DNA from: a virus
Virus record (IMG/VR): IMGVR_UViG_3300005573_000001
Strand: one strand, 5' to 3'
DNA: 64,000 nt
How positions within the stretch are numbered: the first letter of the stretch is position 1; every line of letters begins with the position of its first letter. Made by a program: the position numbers and the translations under genes. The notes beneath the pieces are model-generated. The model was not told the DNA's origin and did no database searches. It saw nothing but the letters and a program-made list of their open reading frames with translations. Positions 58,706-64,000 of the stretch are shown one piece after another.

Positions 58706-59260
58706 CTAAAGGCGTATATCTGGAGCTAGCGTAGGGACCAAGTTAGTCACTAGCTTAATTTGCTCCGGCCTAAAGGCAATGACTAAGGTACGACCGTGAT
58801 AGCCCTTAATAATGATACCATCATTTCTACCGTCAAGAGCAGCTAAAAGTATCTCACGGAAGTAGAAAGCAAAATACAACGATGGATGATCCCTAACTCT
58901 ATATACTGCGTCAAGCTTTGTTGTATTAGCAGCCGTCATAACAAGAGGATTCTCGATGTTCACATATACCTCAAGGAGCTTAGGATATTGAGCTCCAGGC
59001 TTGGAAGCAACATCCTGCGCAATACAGAGAGCCTCATACCGGTCGGTCGTAAAGAAAAAGGCAGGGGGACTGGAAAAATCACTGTCAGTCCAACAGTTAG
59101 CTCCAGTCCTACGCTCATCAAAGACAGTAAAGTCATACGCAGTTCCATGGTACAGAACTAACAAATTTCCAAGCTTATTCCGCACGCGACTATCTTGGAA
59201 GAACATAGCTTGATCAACGGTAAGGGTACGTCCTTTAGAATCCAGAGGAACCGAAAACAT
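58706..59260 (-). CDS. ADP-ribosyltransferase-fold protein (ART-PolyVal-like)
   Basis: LYHGT..FTVFD, FFFT, VYVNIENPL, DGIII, AFRPEQIK. Confidence 0.7.
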   Translation of the reverse strand: MFSVPLDSKGRTLTVDQAMFFQDSRVRNKLGNLLVLYHGTAYDFTVFDERRTGANCWTDSDFSSPPAFFFTTDRYEALCIAQDVASKPGAQYPKLLEVYVNIENPLVMTAANTTKLDAVYRVRDHPSLYFAFYFREILLAALDGRNDGIIIKGYHGRTLVIAFRPEQIKLVTNLVPTLAPDIRL

Positions 59261-59613
59261 AGCTAAGTCAGAAGCGCTCCATTAGAAGTACATATAAATC
59301 CCTGTTCGTCAACTATTCGTAACAAGTTCATAGATTATTTCCCTAGATATAGTACGGGGCAATACTATCGGACATCCTTCGTTTCCAGTACCTACGAGGC
59401 ACATAACACATATACAGCGTCCATAATCTAAGAACATTCCGTTCTGTAACTACATAGTAGACATACTCTTCCGGCAACAATCCTATATTACCATAAGCAG
59501 CTAAATGCTGGAGGACATCCCTGACTATCGCTTTAACAGCGTCCTCCTCAAGTATCGTAGAGCAAGTAGCAAATGACAGGTAACACAAGCATAGATAACA
59601 ACTAAGTACTTCT

Positions 59614-60111
59614 TCATACTACCTTATGCGGCGTATATAAGCCGTTCCGTATATCAAAGTAGGTAACACCAACGGCATAAGCGGACCAAACGTCCGACTT
59701 AAATCCATAAAACCAACCAGGATTCTTCCGTGTACCTACAGTTCCGAAGCGATCGAGCAGAGCTCGGCGAACGTTCTTATCCTTCGCCTGACTACTATGA
59801 CAAAGATTAAGTTTTACATCTATACGACGAAGAGGAGTAACAGGAGCACCGACACCAACAGCAGCCTGAGTAAACCGGCCTATCCAGACACAAGTATCAA
59901 AAACTTCCCGTCCAACTGCCATTCCATATGAAGCAACCATCTCTATAACAACAGGGGTACTCTGCGAGCACTTATTCTGAATCATTAAGAGTAGATCCGT
60001 ATTTATGACGTGATCGAACTGAACGGGCTTCAGGTTAGAGTCAAGCCAAGCAAAAGCACTCTGTTCTGGGCCTGGATCAATAGCCAAGACATAGAAAGCA
60101 GACTCAGTCAC
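59614..60111 (-). CDS. RuvC-like resolvase/nuclease
   Basis: LAIDPG, VIEMV, KDK, DVWSAYAV. Confidence 0.75.
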   Translation of the reverse strand: MTESAFYVLAIDPGPEQSAFAWLDSNLKPVQFDHVINTDLLLMIQNKCSQSTPVVIEMVASYGMAVGREVFDTCVWIGRFTQAAVGVGAPVTPLRRIDVKLNLCHSSQAKDKNVRRALLDRFGTVGTRKNPGWFYGFKSDVWSAYAVGVTYFDIRNGLYTPHKVV

Positions 60112-60258
60112 CTACAAGCTCCTTCAACTCTTGTATAATACACGACATCTCGTCGGTAGTCCAGTCTTCACAATCAGGATCAGGCTCAATACAGGCTTGC
60201 TCGCAGAGATACTTATAATAACTAATTTGTCTATCAGTTGCCATAGCAGCTACTCCAA

Positions 60259-60663
60259 CTAGTCCCAAAGATCATAAAAGTGCTCGACAAAAAGACGCAA
60301 AGCCTCACGACGATGTGAATCAAGCTCAGCACAATAGGCCTTAACATCGTAAGGATTAGTAAAGATATCAATGCCAGACTTCTCAGTAAAATAGTCAGCA
60401 AAGTTATGTTCATCCGCAAGATAAAACTCATGAATCAGATTATCGAGGGTAGCATCCCACTCAGAAGGAGTCATATCATACGGATGACTAAGATGCTTAG
60501 CGCGAAGAACAGGGAGGACCCAGTTCATACGCTGTATGAACCGGGAGGGAAGAGAAAACAAATCAAGGTCGTCGTACCCGCGATAAGCTCTTTGAAGAGC
60601 ATACTTAAGCTCTCGCAGAAAGTCCCGGATTATGGAAAAGACACGCCGAAAGTTAATAAACAT
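60259..60663 (-). CDS. conserved phage hypothetical protein
   Basis: QRAYRGYDDLD...LFVEHFYDLWD. Confidence 0.65.
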   Translation of the reverse strand: MFINFRRVFSIIRDFLRELKYALQRAYRGYDDLDLFSLPSRFIQRMNWVLPVLRAKHLSHPYDMTPSEWDATLDNLIHEFYLADEHNFADYFTEKSGIDIFTNPYDVKAYCAELDSHRREALRLFVEHFYDLWD

Positions 60664-60697
60664 ATTCTATCTCCACTATAACATACATAAAAGTAAA

Positions 60698-61582
60698 TTA
60701 GCAAGAAGTATTTACAATGCGAAACATAGTATCAACATCATCAAGCAAATCATATCGTACAAGAGCTACAGAGGACTTAGCGAACTTCCTATCGACTAGG
60801 TCAACATACATCGTAAACTCTCCGTCGTCTCCCATATAAAACTCAGTCCACTGCGCCGAGGAAAGTAGGTAACGGAGACAAAGCTGACGTATCGCAAGGT
60901 TATCAAAGGCTACAACCTTGAAGCCGCGAAGTATGTCGGGAAGGTCACCAGAGAGATAAGTCTGCCTCGAGGCAAGCACAGGCGGAGAGCAAGCAAGACC
61001 GCGTCCACGAAACTTGTAGCCAAGTATAAGGAGCTTCAAATCCTTGCCATACAATGGGGACAGGTCAAAGGGATGGACCACGCCATTAATCACATGAAGC
61101 ACGGCATTCGGAAAGTAACGAAGGGCAGAGACAAGACCATCCGTATACTGCGTAAAGGAGACACCTAAACCCATAATAAGCTTAGCATCCGTTAGAATCT
61201 TAAGGAAGGGGATATTCTCTAGAAAGTGCCTCTGATTAACGGTGAGGTTAGCAATAATATTCCTATCCTTAAGCTTACACAGGAACGGAACTAAGTCAGG
61301 GTGGCTCAATGGGTTACCGCCGCCAATTGCCACTTCAGTAAAGGGATGAATAGTATCAATAAAAGCAGGACCCAGAATGTCTCCATGCCTACCTAGAGTA
61401 CTAGAGTCCTCATAACAGTAAGGACAGCTTAGGTCGCAGTAGCTAGTAATCTTTACATCCATAGACTCCGGGAAGGCAGCCTTAAAGAAGTCAAGGTCAT
61501 TCTCCCTAACCTTAGTACCATCGTCAAAAATACTAACAGTATAATTCCCATTCGTATACATCGCAAGCAATTTCATAGCCAT
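60698..61582 (-). CDS. radical SAM protein (phage type, no SPASM domain)
   Basis: CDLSCPYC, AIGGGNP, NLTVN. Confidence 0.85.
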   Translation of the reverse strand: MAMKLLAMYTNGNYTVSIFDDGTKVRENDLDFFKAAFPESMDVKITSYCDLSCPYCYEDSSTLGRHGDILGPAFIDTIHPFTEVAIGGGNPLSHPDLVPFLCKLKDRNIIANLTVNQRHFLENIPFLKILTDAKLIMGLGVSFTQYTDGLVSALRYFPNAVLHVINGVVHPFDLSPLYGKDLKLLILGYKFRGRGLACSPPVLASRQTYLSGDLPDILRGFKVVAFDNLAIRQLCLRYLLSSAQWTEFYMGDDGEFTMYVDLVDRKFAKSSVALVRYDLLDDVDTMFRIVNTSC

Positions 61583-61599
61583 GGATTCCCACAGTAGCC

Positions 61600-62076
61600 C
61601 TAATTACCCTTGTAGTACTCAGTATGAGGATAATACACATCGATGCTAACAATATTATCATCGTTGTCGTTACCTGTAATAATAAAGCTCTTACCGGAAA
61701 AGAGAAACTGTAAGAGCTTATCCTCATCACGACAAACGTCTAGGACAAAATTTGCTAGCTCAGAAGGATGATCGATATAACCACGAGGATATGGAGAACC
61801 ATCAGAATGTGGCTCAGCAAAAGTACAGGCAATACCGTGCTCGCATAAAATACGCTTTATCTGCTCAATACAAATACTCTCCAAGTGGCAGGCATAAATC
61901 GCAGTATGAAGGTAATCAGCTTTCTGCTGTCCAGTAATAAAACGATATGCCCATCCAAACTCTCCCCATCCAAAGTACACTGACTTAGGCAAAACTGGAA
62001 GAGAAGTCTTAGCAATACAAATAGCATGCGTACTACTGCTATTTGTCTCAAAGACCGACGTTCTAACTACTCGCAT
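61600..62076 (-). CDS. conserved phage protein with FETNSSSTH motif
   Basis: VRTSVFETNSSSTHAI; GYIDH; adjacent to the rSAM gene. Confidence 0.7.
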   Translation of the reverse strand: MRVVRTSVFETNSSSTHAICIAKTSLPVLPKSVYFGWGEFGWAYRFITGQQKADYLHTAIYACHLESICIEQIKRILCEHGIACTFAEPHSDGSPYPRGYIDHPSELANFVLDVCRDEDKLLQFLFSGKSFIITGNDNDDNIVSIDVYYPHTEYYKGN

Positions 62077-62243
62077 GCTTATCAGGATACCTCCTCGAAC
62101 TCATTATATATATCTTGATCACTTAATATAAAACTATGCCTGCGCAATACTTATATTTATTCCATGGAGGATGTTATTCGCCAAAACTGAAGGAGATACC
62201 ACCTTCACACTGCCCTCATCTAGCTTATTTAATATAGACATAC

Positions 62244-62600
62244 TCATTTCTTCGTCTTAGGCTCCTCCGAGAGCCGCGCCATAAAAGCCAGATTCATAGC
62301 AATCCGATTTATAGCGCTAACAGCATCTAAACCTTCGTCATCAAGCTTGCTGTACGCAAGCGGAAATAAGACTTGATTCGCCTGAATCGAAGCTTGGTGG
62401 AAGGTCTCAACCGGCACTCCAAATAGAGCAGATAGCTTATCGAGCATATCCGACGTGACGGGAAACACACCGCGCTCAATGCGCGATACGAGAGTTGGAG
62501 TAATACCTAAGTATCTAGCAAGTCTACCTTGTGTAAGACCACTTTGCTTCCGCAAAGCCCTTATATTCCTACCTAACATACAACTACTACTGCTTAGCAA
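62244..62600 (-). CDS. XRE-family HTH regulator
   Basis: IRALRKQSGLTQGRLARYLGITPTLVSRIERG. Confidence 0.8.
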   Translation of the reverse strand: MLSSSSCMLGRNIRALRKQSGLTQGRLARYLGITPTLVSRIERGVFPVTSDMLDKLSALFGVPVETFHQASIQANQVLFPLAYSKLDDEGLDAVSAINRIAMNLAFMARLSEEPKTKK

Positions 62601-62901
62601 TTAACTCGTTCAAGGCATCCCTAAACTCTATCATTTGTTCTTCTCCATTAAGATAGAGATCATTGTAGTAGACACCTTTACCGAACAAAGCCTTAAATGC
62701 CCTCTTAAGCCGCTGGAAGACGGTGTTAGGAGAAACACCAAAGGCAGAATCCTGCATACAGATATTATAATAAATCTCCGGCAGCTCGTTAGGCCACTCA
62801 TGTTTGCCCTTATCTACTACAAGCATAGTACAATGGTCAAAGCAACGAAGTACGACCGTACCCAAGTCACGATATGTATCCTCTTGTATTATCTTCTTCA
62901 T
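62587..62901 (-). CDS. hypothetical protein
   Basis: GGAGG RBS. Confidence 0.6.
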   Translation of the reverse strand: MKKIIQEDTYRDLGTVVLRCFDHCTMLVVDKGKHEWPNELPEIYYNICMQDSAFGVSPNTVFQRLKRAFKALFGKGVYYNDLYLNGEEQMIEFRDALNELIAKQ

Positions 62902-62923
62902 GTTATGCCTCCTCCAGTATTCA

Positions 62924-63127
62924 TTATTTCAAACTCAACGGTTTAGATTCAACCCTACTGTTCCATCTAGCAGCTGCATCCGTTTTATCATATGCCACAT
63001 ATAAAAATGAACATCCACATTCACAGATAATCGAGTAGGGCTCTTGATCAGTAAGACCAGGATGCTTTTTCCCACCAACTATAGTAGCTTTTCCACCACA
63101 AAATGGGCACGGCTTCAACCTATCCAT
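62924..63127 (-). CDS. Lar-family (restriction alleviation-like) Zn-finger protein
   Basis: LKPCPFCGG..ICECG..AAARWNSR. Confidence 0.75.
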   Translation of the reverse strand: MDRLKPCPFCGGKATIVGGKKHPGLTDQEPYSIICECGCSFLYVAYDKTDAAARWNSRVESKPLSLK

Positions 63128-63143
63128 AATTTCCTCCGCTATA

Positions 63144-63566
63144 TTATTTCTTCTTAGACTTGTAGCGTGGTATAATTTTATATTCACTCCTGTCAACCCA
63201 TAGCATACCGCCACAATCATCTATAAGTTTCAAACTTCCATCTTCCCTTAAGAAGAAACCATCAAAATCATAATCATAAAGCTCGTCTTCATATTTCAGT
63301 CCAAGTACTCTATAATCTACGGGCGTTCCGTCCGCATTCATTACCTCAAACCCATCTAATTCATACGCTTCAGACTCAGCCCGACGGTTCCATATGTCGA
63401 TTGCATCCTTTTCGTCAGATGCTATATGAAGGAAGGCACACCCACATTTACAAATAACCGAATAAGGTTCCTTAGCAAAAGAATCGAGATATTTTTCTAC
63501 GCCAGCTATTTCAGCTTCGCCTCCACAGAACGGACATGGTTTCAATTTGTTCATAATTTCTTCCAT
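63144..63566 (-). CDS. Lar-family protein with a C-terminal extension
   Basis: LKPCPFCGG..ICKCG..AIDIWNRR. Confidence 0.75.
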   Translation of the reverse strand: MEEIMNKLKPCPFCGGEAEIAGVEKYLDSFAKEPYSVICKCGCAFLHIASDEKDAIDIWNRRAESEAYELDGFEVMNADGTPVDYRVLGLKYEDELYDYDFDGFFLREDGSLKLIDDCGGMLWVDRSEYKIIPRYKSKKK

Positions 63567-63623
63567 ATAATATATGCCTCCTTTAAAGTTACCATCAAGT
63601 TACCATCAAGTTGCGCTCTGCGT

Positions 63624-63821
63624 TCATATATCATCCTCTTGAATGTTTAACGCGCGCTTAATTGGCAGAAGTATGTCGTTCAACACATTCAATACGTCTG
63701 CCTCAAAACCGTCTTCAAAGCTTTCGGAGTCGTTTAAAGCATCGTCTATGCCCTGTTCATATATCTGCTTGATATACTTAACTATTTTGTCGCGCACATC
63801 TTCATATCGTTCCGCATTCAT
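63624..63821 (-). CDS. small acidic hypothetical protein
   Basis: AGGAG RBS. Confidence 0.55.
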   Translation of the reverse strand: MNAERYEDVRDKIVKYIKQIYEQGIDDALNDSESFEDGFEADVLNVLNDILLPIKRALNIQEDDI

Positions 63822-64000
63822 GATTTTTTCTCCTATAAATCAGATTCAGTGCAGAGGTTCCAATGTATGGCTACCCGGATTCTCACCTTTTACTCGCGCT
63901 TTATTAACATTGTTCTTTCTCCTTATCATCTACTACCACAGACTTATACCGTGGTATAATTTTATAATCCTTCCGTTTGACCCATACGCCCGACCCACAA

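Noticed and set aside
1-64000. Stop-codon reassignment (alternative genetic code)
   Set aside because: Conserved genes (dnaE, nrdD, pcrA, clpC) are full length in the standard code and end at TAG, TGA or TAA next to the following gene.

Overview
This is a 64-kb segment of a large tailed-phage genome, probably infecting an anaerobic Firmicute (inferred from AGGAGG ribosome-binding sites, SigA-type promoters, NrdDG and ClpC). Bases 1-15.3 kb are on the + strand: a probable structural gene, holin-like genes, a Rad52/Sak annealase, AEP primase, DnaB-like helicase, PIN-PhoH, nucleases, a Cys-rich protein followed by a radical SAM/SPASM enzyme, and a sigma factor. Bases 15.4-64 kb are on the - strand: SNF2 helicase (intein), resolvase, UDG, DnaG, ClpP, PcrA, RecA (intein), SSB, dUTPase, NrdG, NrdD (two inteins), DnaE, a ubiquitin-like E1/E2/JAB/Ubl (PRTRC-type) cluster, ClpC, ThyX and an accessory region. 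The main candidate for a new system is a retron-type reverse transcriptase (20527-21381). It is preceded not by one msr-msd RNA but by a tandem array of three inverted-repeat-bounded ncRNA modules (about 21394-21873), each with a candidate branching G, and no recognisable retron effector lies next to it. Other notable items are the phage Ubl conjugation cluster with a phage ClpCP protease, the Cys-repeat protein/rSAM pair, a Glu-initiated class 3 intein and an anticodon-less tRNA-like RNA. All calls come from reading motifs by eye; no searches were run.
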